The notes under the pieces were generated by a model. That model was given only the letters and a program-made list of their open reading frames with translations, ran no database searches and was not told where the DNA came from. A stretch of DNA of 63,304 nucleotides, the filler included, from Craspedostauros australis (taxonomy: Eukaryota): assembly GCA_030167865.1 (NCBI GenBank). It is 13 parts of 13 records of this genome, joined end to end, with 100 filler letters (N's around TTAATTAATTAA, not from the genome) between each part and the next. Parts side by side here need not be neighbours in the genome. Positions count along the whole stretch, not along the records: positions 61,174 to 63,304 come from JALAGF010005539.1; 12 more parts are not named here. One strand, 5' to 3'. Below are positions 62,231 to 63,304 of this stretch, one piece after another. How positions within the stretch are numbered: position 1 is the stretch's first letter; the number at the start of each line of letters is the position of its first letter. The position numbers and the translations under genes were made by a program.

Positions 62231-63304
62231 CCTTCAGTGTGTCAGCATCACACCACATCTGATGATCCAGCTCCTCCTCCTCTCTCTGCAACTCCTTCTC
62301 TCTTCGTTCCTCCTGTGTTTCAGCTGGCGCATCGTAGGTCGCCACAATTGCAGATGCTGTTGCTTTGCTTGTTGGGTTGGTGTTGGTGTCGGTGTTGGCT
62401 TCCGCCTTGATGAGAGCGGCCTCCTTCTTGTCCTTGCGTTGTTTGGCGTTGTACGCTGCAGACAGCGACGCTTTCACGCGCATGGGNNNNNNNNNNNNNN
62501 NNNNNNNNNNNNNNNNNNNNNNNNNNNNNNNNNNNNNNNNNNNNNNNNNNNNNNNNNNNNNNNNNNNNNNNNNNNNNNNNNNNNNNNNNNNNNCTTCACT
62601 GATGTCCTTCAACTTGTCCGCGATGTAGTCTGGTAGTTCCGCTGGTTTGCGCGTTGTTTTGCTCGCCCAGCCTGGCACTGCGAGTGGAGGGTGTTCGGTT
62701 TCAGCGGTCTGGTCTTGTAGCGCTGTGGTGTGATCGGATGGTAGATGTTGTTGTCCGTCCGCGATGGCTTTGCCGAACGCCAGCCCCTTGCTCTCTGCCG
62801 CTGTGCGCCCGAGTTTTCGCGTCTTGTCCGTCTTCCTGAACGATNNNNNNNNNNNNNNNNNNNNNNNNNNNNNNNNNNNNNNNNNNNNNNNNNNCAGCTG
62901 GCGCATAGTGGGTCGCCACGATTGCAGATGCTGTTGCTTTGCTTGTTGGGTTGGTGTTGGTGTTGGTGTTGGTGTTGGCTTCCGCCTTGATGAGAGCAGC
63001 CTCCTTCTTGCCCTTGCGTTGTTTGGCATTGTACGCTGCAGACAGCGACGCTTTCACGCGCATGGGATTTGCGTGCAGTTGTACGTACCAGTCAGTTTTG
63101 GTTCTTTNNNNNNNNNNNNNNNNNNNNNNNNNNNNNNNNNNNNNNNNNNNNNNNNNNNNNNNNNNNNNNNNNNCTTCACTGATGTCCTTCAACTTGTCCG
63201 CGATGTAGTCTGGTAGTTCCGCTGGTTTGCGCGTTGTTTTGCTCGCCCAGCCTGGCACTGCGAGTGGAGGGTGTTCGGTTTCGGCGGTCTGGTCTTGTAG
63301 CGCT
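62231..63304 (-). CDS. C-terminal fragments of a Sola3-like transposase (overlapping contig copies)
   Basis: AAESKGL, LQDQTAETEHPPLAVPGWASK, KTDWYVQLHANPMRVK align with 47225-48351. Confidence 0.65.

Overview
This is a eukaryotic, transposon-dense window, most likely from a diatom or other stramenopile; that assignment is an inference from CoDi-like Ty1/copia motifs, a secreted protein with RXL motifs, and a diatom-type W-x-x-S-x-A repeat protein. It is not one locus. Thirteen contigs or scaffolds are joined by 12 artificial N-TTAATTAATTAA-N spacers, and many internal N-gaps are flanked by duplicated sequence. Two clear host genes are present: a two-domain globin with an intron at the ancestral B12.2 position (51856-53794), and an 848-aa secreted Cys-rich/PT-rich protein (28123-30669). 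The rest is mobile DNA. It includes several Ty1/copia fragments, two of which share an unusual extra domain between Gag and protease, and a DIRS/Ngaro-type tyrosine-recombinase retrotransposon. There is also an intact two-ORF PIF/Harbinger-superfamily element (Pangu-like, AAT TSD) nested in the 20-bp repeat array of a second, unclassified transposon end. Further items are five fragments of a divergent Sola3-like DDD transposase family, solo LTRs with 6-bp TSDs, a MITE, and a 15-bp minisatellite. No rRNA, tRNA or CRISPR array was recognised. All family assignments rest on motifs read by eye; no searches were run.
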